This document shows positions 9,376 through 19,670 of a stretch of DNA of 64,000 nt, piece by piece (the stretch's first letter is position 1; each line of letters starts with the position of its first letter). The stretch comes from Nitrospirota bacterium (GTDB lineage Bacteria; Nitrospirota; JACRHJ01), in the NCBI GenBank assembly GCA_016212105.1, contig JACRHJ010000061.1, forward strand, positions 1,640 to 65,639, read 5' to 3'. A program made the translations under genes and the position numbers. The notes under the pieces were generated by a model, which was not told the DNA's origin, made no database searches, and worked only from the letters and a program-made list of their open reading frames with translations.

Positions 9376-10983
9376 GTGAACTACAGTCTCAGCAACAGGC
9401 TTGTCGCATGGTGGGCGCTGGTAGTCGCCGTGGTCGTGTCGGCGCACTTCCTGCTGGACTACTTCGGCTGGGAACACGAGTTGAAGGGCATCGTCGAGGC
9501 GTTGCTTGCGGCGACGCTCATGGTTGTGCCCTACGTGATGATACGCCGCAGGGTGATGACGCCCCTCGGCAGGCTGAAGGACGCCGCCGTGAGGCTGACC
9601 GCCGGAGACATGACGGCAAGGGCGGACGTCGAGTCCCCGGCTGAGTTCAAGGAGCTGGCAGACTCTTTCAACGGGATGGTGGACGAACTCGAGGCCGCTT
9701 ACGAGCAGATGAAGGCGACCTCTCTCACGCTCGAGAAGGCGGTCGAGGAACGTACGAGGGCTGTCGTCGTCGAGCGGGACAAGCTCTCCGCGATGCTCAG
9801 GAGCATCCCTGACGGCGTGGTCTTCATCGGCATCTCCGGCGAGATACTCGAGGTCAACCCCATGATGGCGGACATCTGGGGCATAAAGCCCGAAGACCTG
9901 ACAGGTAAGATGGTCGAGGCGCTCCCCGACGGCCCGCTGAAAAGCGCGCTGACCTTCGAGTGCGGCGGCCCGTCCGAGAAGCATTGCTGGGAGGTTATGG
10001 GCTGCTCGCAGAAGGACTGCCCGGCCTACGACTCCGGAGACATGCGGTGCTGGCTTGTGTCCGGGACGTTCTGCCACAAGGGCGTTCAGGTGAGCGTCCG
10101 CCGGAAGCGCGAGGACGTGTGCAGCCAGTGCACGGTATACCGTGGCGCCATGGAGCGCTGCGGCGAGATGAGAGAGGTCGAGGTATCCGGACGGCATTAC
10201 AAGATAACGAGCGCGCTTGTCCTTGACGACGGGAACCGCGTGATGGGAGAGCTGAAGACGTTCAACGACGTGACCGAGGCGAGGCTGCTGGAGCTGAAAA
10301 AGGCCGACCTCGCCTCGATGATAACCCACGACCTCCGTTCGCCGCTATCGTCCATCATGGGGTACGCCGATATAATCATGGACGACGAGTCGGTGCCTGA
10401 GGCCGGCAGGGAGTACGCGGCCGCGATAAAGAAGGGCGGGCGGCGGCTCCTCGGACTGGTCGAGCAGTACATGGACATCGCGCGTATCGACACGGGCCAG
10501 CTCACGCTCAACAGGTCCAGGGTCGATGCCGCAGCGCTGATAGAGGAAGTAAAAGACGACCTCATGCCACAGGCGATGGCGAAAGGCATAACGGTGGAGG
10601 TCTCGGCGCACCCGGAATTGGGCGAGATAGACGTCGACAGGGACAAGATGCTCCGTGTGGTGGAGAACCTCGCGTCGAACGCGATAAAGTTCGCGCCGGA
10701 GGGCGGACGCGTGGTCATAACCGCCCAGGAGTACATAGAGGACGGGACGCGTCAGGCGGAGATATGCGTCTCCGACAACGGGGACGGCATACCGGAGGAA
10801 GACCTGCCGCACGTCTTCGACCGCTACTACCGCTCCATGTCCGCACAGGGCATAAAGGGGTTCGGCGTCGGCCTCGCCGTGGTCAAGTCGTTCACCGAGG
10901 CCCACGACGGCAAGGTCTCCGTCGAAAGCCGCCCCGGCGAGGGGACGAAGTTCAGGGTCTGCATTCCGATGAAAAACACGTGA
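9376..10983 (+). CDS. Membrane sensor histidine kinase (2 TM-HAMP-PAS with Cys-rich insert-HisKA-HATPase)
   Basis: HAMP (PLGRLKDAAVRLTAGD...EFKELADSFNGM), PAS start SIPDGVVFI, H-box THDLRSPL, NLASNAIKF, DNGDGI, GVGLAVVK. Confidence 0.92.
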   Translation: MNYSLSNRLVAWWALVVAVVVSAHFLLDYFGWEHELKGIVEALLAATLMVVPYVMIRRRVMTPLGRLKDAAVRLTAGDMTARADVESPAEFKELADSFNGMVDELEAAYEQMKATSLTLEKAVEERTRAVVVERDKLSAMLRSIPDGVVFIGISGEILEVNPMMADIWGIKPEDLTGKMVEALPDGPLKSALTFECGGPSEKHCWEVMGCSQKDCPAYDSGDMRCWLVSGTFCHKGVQVSVRRKREDVCSQCTVYRGAMERCGEMREVEVSGRHYKITSALVLDDGNRVMGELKTFNDVTEARLLELKKADLASMITHDLRSPLSSIMGYADIIMDDESVPEAGREYAAAIKKGGRRLLGLVEQYMDIARIDTGQLTLNRSRVDAAALIEEVKDDLMPQAMAKGITVEVSAHPELGEIDVDRDKMLRVVENLASNAIKFAPEGGRVVITAQEYIEDGTRQAEICVSDNGDGIPEEDLPHVFDRYYRSMSAQGIKGFGVGLAVVKSFTEAHDGKVSVESRPGEGTKFRVCIPMKNT

Positions 10984-11207
10984 TGGAACTCCCTCACCCC
11001 AACCCCCCTTCGGCTTCGCTCAGGGCAGGCTCTCTCCCGCGAGGAGAGGGGATTTATAGTAGGGTGGGCAATGCCCACCATGTTTTTTGTAGGGGCCGTA
11101 CCAAGCGAAGCGCGTGTCGGCCCTTGCCTTTGAATTTGCATTTGACGTTACGTAGGGGCGGGTCCCCGTGCCCGCCCTCTTGCTTGTAATTACCGGGAAG
11201 GTGACAA

Positions 11208-12587
11208 TTGTTAATCGACACGCACGCGCACCTCGACATGGAGCAGTTCAAAGACGACCTGCCTGAGGCGCTGGACAGGGCGCTCGCTGCCGGGGTAAGG
11301 TACGTCATAACCATTGGAGCGGACATGGCCTCGTCCCGGCGGGCGGCGGCTCTCGCCGCGAATAACGACGCCATATACTTCTCGCCGGGTTTCCACCCGC
11401 ATGACGTAAAAGACGTAACCGACGCCGACTACGATGAGTTGAGGAGGCTCGCGCAGTCTCCCAAGGCGGTCGCCATAGGCGAGACGGGCCTCGACTACCA
11501 CTACGACCTCTCGCCGAGGGACGTCCAGAGGGCGCACTTCGCGCGCCAGATACACATTGCCCGCGAAATCGGGAAGCCCCTCATAGTGCACTCCCGCGAG
11601 GCCGAGTCCGACACGATGGAGATAATGGAGTCCGAGGGGGCGGCCGGGGCGGGCGGCACGATGCACTGCTTCGCCGGGGGCAGCGACATGGCCCGGCGCG
11701 CGCTCGAAATGGGCTTCTACCTCTCAGTCGGCGGGACGCTCACGTTCAAGAAGTCCGACGAGCTGAGGGAGGTCATAAAGGGCGTCCCCATAGAGCGGCT
11801 GATGCTCGAGACCGACTGCCCGTACCTCGCCCCGCAGAAGTTCCGGGGGAAGCGCAACGAGCCCGCGTACGTGACGCACGTCGTGGAGACGCTTGCTTTG
11901 CTCAAGGGGCTGTCCGTGGAGGACGTGGCGCGCATCACCAGCTACAACGCGATGACGCTCTTCCGTATGGGTGAGCTGCCGGCGGAGGGCTCGATTGCCT
12001 ACCCCATACGGGATTCGCTGTACCTGAACATAACCAACAAATGCACGAACGAGTGCGTCTTCTGCGTGAGGAACGACACCGACTTCGTAAAGGGCCACAA
12101 CCTGCGCCTCGTGCGCGACCCGTCCGCCGCCGAGATAATCGCCGCGATGGAGGCGGCCGGGTTCCGGGACTACCGCGAGGTAGTCTTCTGCGGGTATGGC
12201 GAGCCGTTCATTAGGCTGGAGGTGCTCAAGGAGGTGGCGAAGGCCGCCAAGGCCGGAGGCGTCCGGGTGCGCGTCAACACCAACGGCCACGCGCTCCTCA
12301 TACACAAGAGGGACGTCCTGCCGGAGCTGGCCGGGCTGGTGGACGCGCTGTCCGTCAGCCTGAACTCCCCGGACGCGGCCGGGTACGTGGAGATATGCAG
12401 ACCCGCCAAAGGGGCGGATGCGTACAAAAGTATAAAAGAGTTCGTGAAGGCCGCGAAGAAGCACGTGCCGGACGTTGTCGTAACCGTGCTCTCCATGCCC
12501 GGAGTCGATGTGGAGGCGTGCAGGCGTATCGCGGAGGACGAGCTTGGCGTCCCGCTTCGTGTCCGGGAGTACAACGTCGTGGGGTGA
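11208..12587 (+). CDS. TatD family hydrolase fused to TatD-associated radical SAM domain
   Basis: TatD motifs DTHAH, GETGLD, VHSRE, HCF, LETDCPYL; then YLNITNKCTNECVFCVR (CxxxCxxC), EVVFCGYGEP, RVNTNG. Confidence 0.92.
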   Translation: MLIDTHAHLDMEQFKDDLPEALDRALAAGVRYVITIGADMASSRRAAALAANNDAIYFSPGFHPHDVKDVTDADYDELRRLAQSPKAVAIGETGLDYHYDLSPRDVQRAHFARQIHIAREIGKPLIVHSREAESDTMEIMESEGAAGAGGTMHCFAGGSDMARRALEMGFYLSVGGTLTFKKSDELREVIKGVPIERLMLETDCPYLAPQKFRGKRNEPAYVTHVVETLALLKGLSVEDVARITSYNAMTLFRMGELPAEGSIAYPIRDSLYLNITNKCTNECVFCVRNDTDFVKGHNLRLVRDPSAAEIIAAMEAAGFRDYREVVFCGYGEPFIRLEVLKEVAKAAKAGGVRVRVNTNGHALLIHKRDVLPELAGLVDALSVSLNSPDAAGYVEICRPAKGADAYKSIKEFVKAAKKHVPDVVVTVLSMPGVDVEACRRIAEDELGVPLRVREYNVVG

Positions 12588-12645
12588 GTGGACAAATCCG
12601 GGAGGCATGCTATAATTAACAGTAATTAATCTCGGAGACCAGGGC

Positions 12646-14070
12646 ATGAAGGAAAAAGACCCTATCGAAGAGCTGAAGCGTGCGAACCGCGAGCTGATGT
12701 CCCTCTACGACGTAAACCGCCTGTTACAGACGCAGCTTTCCACCGAAGAGAAGCTCTATATAATACTGACCTCGCTCACCTCGGGCGACGGGTTCGGGTA
12801 CAGCCGCGCCTATATCTTCCTGACCAACGAGCAGAAGGGCACGCTCGAGGGCTGGCTGGGCGTCGGCCCCCTGACCGGCGACGAGGCGAGAGAGATATGG
12901 GAGGGCGTGGCCGACATCGAGTACTGCCAGGACGAGTGCGAGCTGGACAGGAAGAACATAGCCGACCTGCTGGAGCACGCCCCGTTCGACATCAAGGTAC
13001 GGGACTTCATCCAGCCGATAAAGCGCGGCGCCGGGCACCCTGTCCAGACCGTCATATCCCGCAGCCCCAGGCTCGTAAAGGACGCCTTCTCCGGCCGTGA
13101 CCCGCTCCACCCGGCCTTCCTGCCGCTTCTGTCGTCCCCGCAGGTCGCGTTCATCCCGATGCTCTCCAAGAGCCGCGTGATGGGCGTCATGGCGGTCGAG
13201 TCCTTCGGCGGCGAGCGCGGGCTCGACGAGGAGCGGCTCCGGACGCTGACCATATTCGGCAACCTCGCCGCGATTGCCCTCGAAAACGCGAAGCTCTACA
13301 GCACCCTCGCGGAGAAGGTGGACAGCCTGGAGAGGCTGAACCGGGAGCTACAGGACGCGCACGCCAAGATCATGCACATGGACAGGCTGTCGTCCATCGG
13401 CGCTGTCACCGCCGGGCTCGCCCACGAGATAAAGAACCCGCTCAACTCCATACTTATCAACCTCGACGTCCTGAGGCACGAGGTGCCCGGGCCTTCGGCC
13501 GAGGTAGACCGGATAATAGACGTGCTCGAGTCCGAGTCCGAAAGGCTGAACGGCATAGTTACGGACCTCCTGAACTTCGCGAAGACGCCCAAGCTGTCGC
13601 TCGTCACGGCGCACCCGCACGCGGTGCTCGACCAGGCGCTCCGGCTCGTCGAGTACCAGGGCGAGAACATGGGCATAGCCATCTCGAAGGACTATAACGA
13701 TGGCGTCACGGAGCTGATGATAGACGAGAAGATGATGAAGCAGGCCTTCCTGAACGTGATAATAAACGCGATGCAGGCGATGCCGGGCGGCGGGAAGCTC
13801 ACGGTAAAGACAGGGTTCACCCGCCAGACCGGCGGCGGCGCAGGCGCCGGGCTGTTCTACGTCGAGTTCCGGGACACCGGCCACGGCATACCGGACGACT
13901 GCAAGGGGAGGCTTTTCGACCCGTTCTTCACGACGAAGGAGGACGGAACCGGCATGGGCCTGCCCATAGTGGACTCGATACTGCGCTCCCACGGCGGCCG
14001 GGTGGAGGTCGAAAGCTCCTCCGGAAAGGGCACGACCGTCACGCTCCACGTCCCTGCCCGCATCGCCTGA
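12646..14070 (+). CDS. Cytoplasmic GAF-domain sensor histidine kinase
   Basis: GAF-like region ending AAIALENAKLY, H-box LAHEIKNPL, NVIINAMQAM, DTGHGI, FDPFFTTK, GTGMGL. Confidence 0.92.
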   Translation: MKEKDPIEELKRANRELMSLYDVNRLLQTQLSTEEKLYIILTSLTSGDGFGYSRAYIFLTNEQKGTLEGWLGVGPLTGDEAREIWEGVADIEYCQDECELDRKNIADLLEHAPFDIKVRDFIQPIKRGAGHPVQTVISRSPRLVKDAFSGRDPLHPAFLPLLSSPQVAFIPMLSKSRVMGVMAVESFGGERGLDEERLRTLTIFGNLAAIALENAKLYSTLAEKVDSLERLNRELQDAHAKIMHMDRLSSIGAVTAGLAHEIKNPLNSILINLDVLRHEVPGPSAEVDRIIDVLESESERLNGIVTDLLNFAKTPKLSLVTAHPHAVLDQALRLVEYQGENMGIAISKDYNDGVTELMIDEKMMKQAFLNVIINAMQAMPGGGKLTVKTGFTRQTGGGAGAGLFYVEFRDTGHGIPDDCKGRLFDPFFTTKEDGTGMGLPIVDSILRSHGGRVEVESSSGKGTTVTLHVPARIA

Positions 14071-14179
14071 CACCCTTTAATGACGCACCTTAAAAACCTT
14101 GACCGCGCAGGGCTTCCCTGTTATATTTTACAAGTCACTTCCAATCCGCACATTGCAGGTTTCAACCCTGGAGACACAC

Positions 14180-15397
<1,218 letters not shown>

Positions 15398-15521
15398 GGG
15401 GCCATTTGCGGCTATGCATTACCGGTGTCGGATGATTTTCGGTTGCATCGGCGTCGCAATATTTATATACTCAGTCGTGGTTATATAAAGCGATATACAG
15501 AAATTGCCGCGAGGTGCCATA

Positions 15522-15851
15522 ATGGTCGCCGAGGGAAGCGTCCGCGAAACCATCCTGACGGTTGTAGACAGGATAGTAAAAGAATACAAGCCCAGGAAGG
15601 TCATCCTCTTCGGGTCATACGCCTATGGCACGCCCGACGAGGACAGCGACGTCGACCTCCTGATTATCAAGGATACCTGCGACAGGCCGGTGGACAGGTG
15701 GGTCGAGGTCAAGAGGATAATCCGCGGGGCTTCCGGGTTGACGCCCGTGTCACCTCTCGTATACACGGAGAAAGAGGTCGAGGGAAGGTTTGCGATAAAG
15801 GACTTCTTCATCGCCGAGGTTTTCGAAAAAGGTGAAGTCCTTTATGGATGA
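15522..15851 (+). CDS. Minimal nucleotidyltransferase (MNT) antitoxin
   Basis: VILFGSYAYGTPDEDSDVDLLII (GS-x10-DxD); overlaps downstream HEPN start (ATGGATGA). Confidence 0.9.
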   Translation: MVAEGSVRETILTVVDRIVKEYKPRKVILFGSYAYGTPDEDSDVDLLIIKDTCDRPVDRWVEVKRIIRGASGLTPVSPLVYTEKEVEGRFAIKDFFIAEVFEKGEVLYG

Positions 15852-16230
15852 CGCCTACCGGATTCAGGCTGAGGAGTGGTACGAGAGGGGCAGGCGAGAC
15901 CTTGAGACAGCCCGCCTTGTCCTCGAACAGGGAGGATATACCGACGCCGTCGCCTACCACGTCCAGCAGTCGGTCGAGAAATACCTGAAAGGCTACCTCG
16001 TCCTGAACGGGAAGCGGCCACCGAAAATCCACGAACACGACACTCTCCTGAACCACGTCGCGGAGTTCGACGGCTCCTTCGAAGGTTTCCGCGACCTCTG
16101 TGAAAAGGCGTCGCGCTATTACTTGGACGACAGATACCCGCCCGGCCCGCCACCCGAAAACAACCAGGATGAAGTCGGGGCTGACCTCGGCCGGGCGACG
16201 GAACTCATTAATATCATCCGCTCCAGATAG
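15844..16230 (+). CDS. HEPN domain protein (MNT-HEPN pair)
   Basis: W...DLETA, YHVQQSVEKYLKG, PPKIHE, Y..DRYP are HEPN hallmarks; coupled to MNT. Confidence 0.88.
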   Translation: MDDAYRIQAEEWYERGRRDLETARLVLEQGGYTDAVAYHVQQSVEKYLKGYLVLNGKRPPKIHEHDTLLNHVAEFDGSFEGFRDLCEKASRYYLDDRYPPGPPPENNQDEVGADLGRATELINIIRSR

Positions 16231-16245
16231 AAAGGTTCGAGTACA

Positions 16246-16683
16246 ATGAAATACAAGTCCGGCAGCATCGGCAGGGTGTTCGTGATAAAGTTCGAGGACG
16301 GAGACGACCTGAACGAGGGCATACTTCAGGTCGCCCGCGAGGCAGGCGTCAAGGCCGGGTTCTTCCACCTGCTCGGCGGGATGAGGAGCGCGGGCTTGGT
16401 CTGCGGGCCTAAGGAGCCGGTGCTGCCGCCTGAGCCCGCGTGGGAAGGCTTTGCCGACGGCCGCGAGATACTCGGCATCGGCTCTGTCTTCATGAAGGAC
16501 GGCGAGCCCGCGATTCACCTCCACGGCGCGGTCGGCAAGTTCGGCACGACGCTTACCGGCTGCGTCCGGAAGGACGCGAAGGTCTTCCTCGTGGTCGAGG
16601 CGCTGATGATGGAAGTCACCGGCATAGACGCGAAGAAGGTCGTCAACGAGAAGACTGGGATAGCGATGCTGGAGCTGGGGTAA
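16246..16683 (+). CDS. PPC/DUF296 domain protein
   Basis: GRVFVIKFEDGDDL, EILGIG, IHLHGAVG, GC; typical 145 aa length. Confidence 0.85.
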   Translation: MKYKSGSIGRVFVIKFEDGDDLNEGILQVAREAGVKAGFFHLLGGMRSAGLVCGPKEPVLPPEPAWEGFADGREILGIGSVFMKDGEPAIHLHGAVGKFGTTLTGCVRKDAKVFLVVEALMMEVTGIDAKKVVNEKTGIAMLELG

Positions 16684-16706
16684 ATCATTCGCAGGAGAGG
16701 CGAGGC

Positions 16707-17099
16707 TTGCTGAACAAACTACATCGTGTGGCGGGGAACAAGCATACCATCGTGACAGTGGTGGTGTTGTTCAATCTATACAGGGTGGTTTATGCCTACA
16801 CGCACCCCGGTACAATGTATCCGGGGCCGATGCTCTCGGTATGGGTGCTTCTTCTGGTCTGCATCTTGTCGTATCTCATGCTCGCCGGGAACAGGGCAGG
16901 CGGCTGGATATTTGCGGGCTATATTGGCCTGACGGGGCTGGGAGGCCTAATACTGTCGCCTTTGGTGGTGATAACGAAGCAACCCATACTGGGTACGGTT
17001 ATCATCGTGTTGGGCCTGTACTTCGTCTATGCGGCGCTTAGCCTGACGGTGTTTTATAGACATGGACAGAAAAAAGGCGAACAGGCATGTGCTCATTAA
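16707..17099 (+). CDS. Hypothetical 4-TM membrane protein
   Basis: TTG start after GGAGAGG/GAGG; four hydrophobic stretches; lower GC than neighbours. Confidence 0.6.
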   Translation: MLNKLHRVAGNKHTIVTVVVLFNLYRVVYAYTHPGTMYPGPMLSVWVLLLVCILSYLMLAGNRAGGWIFAGYIGLTGLGGLILSPLVVITKQPILGTVIIVLGLYFVYAALSLTVFYRHGQKKGEQACAH

Positions 17100-17104
17100 A
17101 TCGG

Positions 17105-17437
17105 CTATGCCGCCTTCCTTAAAGGTACCTCAATCCCGCTGGTCTTGATGTTCCAGGCCAGCGGTTCCTCGTCGACGAACGCCTCCGGCCTGTAGAATAC
17201 CGGCTCAATGCGCAAGTCCACCTCGTTGCAGATACGAAGAAGCGCAGACCATTCCTCCATGGATTCCGGGTGGAAGTCTGGTGAGACGAATGCGGCGTCT
17301 ATGTCGCTGTATTCGTGCACGGCGCCCTTTGCGTACGAGCCGTAAAGGTAAACCTTCACGAGCCTGTAGCCGGCGGCGTCAATCTTCTCCGCGACGGTTT
17401 CAATCTTAGCGATTATTTCAGACCTGTCTCCAGCCAT
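17105..17437 (-). CDS. Orphan minimal nucleotidyltransferase
   Basis: VYLYGSYAKGAVHEYSDIDAAFVSPDF...RIEP...IKTSGIEV. Confidence 0.88.
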   Translation of the reverse strand: MAGDRSEIIAKIETVAEKIDAAGYRLVKVYLYGSYAKGAVHEYSDIDAAFVSPDFHPESMEEWSALLRICNEVDLRIEPVFYRPEAFVDEEPLAWNIKTSGIEVPLRKAA

Positions 17438-17466
17438 TTCAGGAACTCCCTATTCGTTTGTGTCAC
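17413..17466 (-). pseudogene. Remnant 3' end of a probable HEPN gene
   Basis: Frame overlapping the MNT start reads ...TQTNREFLKWLETGLK*, resembling a HEPN C-terminal helix; no upstream body. Confidence 0.45.
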
Positions 17467-17473
17467 CTCAACT

Positions 17474-18520
17474 TCATGAAGGCCCGACGCACGGGTCGGT
17501 CTTTACATAATAATAGCCGTCCTCCACACAGCCTCCTGTATGGGACCTGAGCGTTGCCCCGGCCGTAAAAAAACCCTCCACCGCCTCCGTGAACGCCTCG
17601 ACCGTCTCGACATGGTTCACGACCCGCCGGAACTCGGCCGCGCCGTTCATGCACTTCGAGTACCAGGCGGCATGCTTGCGCATCAGCTTCACACCCACAA
17701 CCTTGTTCCTCATGCGCGCGACCACCGCGTTCAGGTGGGCGAGCAGCATATCTCCGCGCTCGGTGACAGTCGGCGGAGCGGGCAGGACGCCGGTGGCGAT
17801 GTAGGCCTCCACCTCACGGAATATCCACGGGTTCCCGAGCGCCCCCCGCCCAATCATCACGAGGTCGCAGCCGGTCGTATCCAGCATCCGCTTCGCGTCG
17901 TGGGCGGACAGGACGTCGCCGTTTCCCATTACCGGGATGCCGACCGCCTCCTTCACGCGTGCAATCGAAGTCCAGTCGGCGTGTCCGGAAAAGCCCTGCT
18001 TCGCGTACCGCCCGTGCACCGCGACCGCGGCCGCGCCGGAGGCCTCGGCCATCCGTGCGAACTCGACCGCGACGAAGTCGGTCTTCTCCCAGCCGGTGCG
18101 AATCTTGACCGTGACCGGCACGGACGACGCGGCGACCGTCCTCTTTATCATCTCCTCCGCGCGGGCCAGGTCCTTGAGCAGCGCGGAGCCGGAGCCGTTC
18201 CTGACGACCTTCTTGACCGGGCAGCCCATGTTGATGTCCACGATGTCCGCGCCCTGCCCGGACAGAATCCGAGCGGCCTCGGCCATGGACGCGGGCTTCC
18301 CGCCGAAGAGCTGGAAGCTGACCGGGCGTTCCTCCGGCACGGACGCGCATACGTCCACCGTCGCAGGCTGCCTGCGGATGAGGCCCTCGCAGCTTATCAT
18401 CTCGGTATATACGAGCGCCGCGCCCATCTCCCGGCATATGAGCCGGAACGGCAAGTCGGTTATCCCCGCGAGCGGGGCGAGCACCGAGACGCCATTAATT
18501 TCAATATTGCCTATGAACAT
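17474..18520 (-). CDS. dusB: tRNA-dihydrouridine synthase DusB
   Basis: LAPLAGITDLPFR, TEMIS, QLFG, DINMGCPVKKV, VTVKIRTGW, VHGR, GNGDV, VMIGRGALGNPWIF, RKHAAWY. Confidence 0.95.
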   Translation of the reverse strand: MFIGNIEINGVSVLAPLAGITDLPFRLICREMGAALVYTEMISCEGLIRRQPATVDVCASVPEERPVSFQLFGGKPASMAEAARILSGQGADIVDINMGCPVKKVVRNGSGSALLKDLARAEEMIKRTVAASSVPVTVKIRTGWEKTDFVAVEFARMAEASGAAAVAVHGRYAKQGFSGHADWTSIARVKEAVGIPVMGNGDVLSAHDAKRMLDTTGCDLVMIGRGALGNPWIFREVEAYIATGVLPAPPTVTERGDMLLAHLNAVVARMRNKVVGVKLMRKHAAWYSKCMNGAAEFRRVVNHVETVEAFTEAVEGFFTAGATLRSHTGGCVEDGYYYVKTDPCVGPS

Positions 18521-18573
18521 AGTACCTGTTTTGACTTGCTGTAGGGGAGGGCCTCCGCGCCCTCCCGTCTTTG

Positions 18574-19593
18574 CTAACTGTGCATCCTCTCCATCGGCAG
18601 ATTCGCCTGCGGGTTCAGGTCCAGCCCGGAAACCTTCCCGGCCATGAACAGCCGGTAGCCAGCCGCGGCTATCATCGCCGCGTTGTCCGTGCAGAGTATC
18701 GGAGACGGTATAAGCGCGCGCTTCCCGGCCTTCCCGGCCGCGGCCGTCAACCCATCCCGGAGCGCCCGGTTCGCCGCAACCCCCCCGGCAATTACGATGT
18801 CCCGCGCGCCGGTCGCAACCGCCGCCTGGACGGTCTTCTCGACCAGCACCTCGACGACCGCCGCCTGGAACGACGCGCATATGTCCGCGACGTCGGCCTC
18901 CGGTATCGGCACGCCCTTGTACGCCCGGACGTGGTTCAGCACTGCGGTCTTCAGCCCGGAGAACGAGAAGTCGAGCGAGCCCGGCTCCAGCCTGCTCCTC
19001 GGAAATTTTACCTTTTTCGGGTCACCGGCGGACGCGAGCCGGTCGATAACAGGCCCGCCGGGGTAGCCCAGTCCCATGAGCTTCGCCACTTTGTCATATG
19101 CCTCCCCGGCAGCGTCGTCCCTCGTCTGGCCGAGCTTCTCGTAGTCGCAGCAGCCGCGCACGAGGTATATGTGCGTGTGGCCGCCGGATACGACCAGCAG
19201 GACGAACGGCATCTCGACGTCGTCCCGCTCCAGGAATATCGCGGATAGATGGCCCTCGATGTGGTTCACGCCGACCAGCGGAAGCCCTGCGGTATACGCC
19301 AGGGCCTTGGCCGCCGAGACGCCGACAAGGAGCGCCCCGATGAGCCCCGGCCCGGCCGTCACGGCCACCGCATCGAGTTCATTGAGACGCTTGCCGGACT
19401 TGACCAGCGCCTCGTCTATGACCGGCATGATGTTCTCTATGTGCGCGCGCGAGGCGAGCTCTGGGACTATGCCGCCGTACTGCGCGTGCAGCTCCACCTG
19501 CGAGGATATGACGTTCGACAGGATGCGGCGTCCGTCCTCGACCACCGCCGCCGCCGTCTCGTCGCAGGACGTCTCAATTCCAAGTATAAGCAA
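18574..19593 (-). CDS. tsaD: tRNA threonylcarbamoyltransferase TsaD
   Basis: ILGIETSCDET, GGIVPELASRAH, GPGLIGAL, VNHIEGH, VSGGHT, DDAAGEAYDK, FSFSGLKT, CTDNAAMI. Confidence 0.98.
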   Translation of the reverse strand: MLILGIETSCDETAAAVVEDGRRILSNVISSQVELHAQYGGIVPELASRAHIENIMPVIDEALVKSGKRLNELDAVAVTAGPGLIGALLVGVSAAKALAYTAGLPLVGVNHIEGHLSAIFLERDDVEMPFVLLVVSGGHTHIYLVRGCCDYEKLGQTRDDAAGEAYDKVAKLMGLGYPGGPVIDRLASAGDPKKVKFPRSRLEPGSLDFSFSGLKTAVLNHVRAYKGVPIPEADVADICASFQAAVVEVLVEKTVQAAVATGARDIVIAGGVAANRALRDGLTAAAGKAGKRALIPSPILCTDNAAMIAAAGYRLFMAGKVSGLDLNPQANLPMERMHS

Positions 19594-19670
19594 GATTAGG
19601 TTCTCTCTTAATTCTTCCCCCTCCCCACCCGGGGGGGAGGGGGGTAGGGGGGCTGGGGGTTCATGCCCAT

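Noticed and set aside
8776-10329. Long antisense or alternate-frame ORFs (also 48668-50554, 3587-4981, 25284-26555 and many others)
   Set aside because: They shadow well-supported genes on the opposite strand, as expected in high-GC DNA, and show no motifs.
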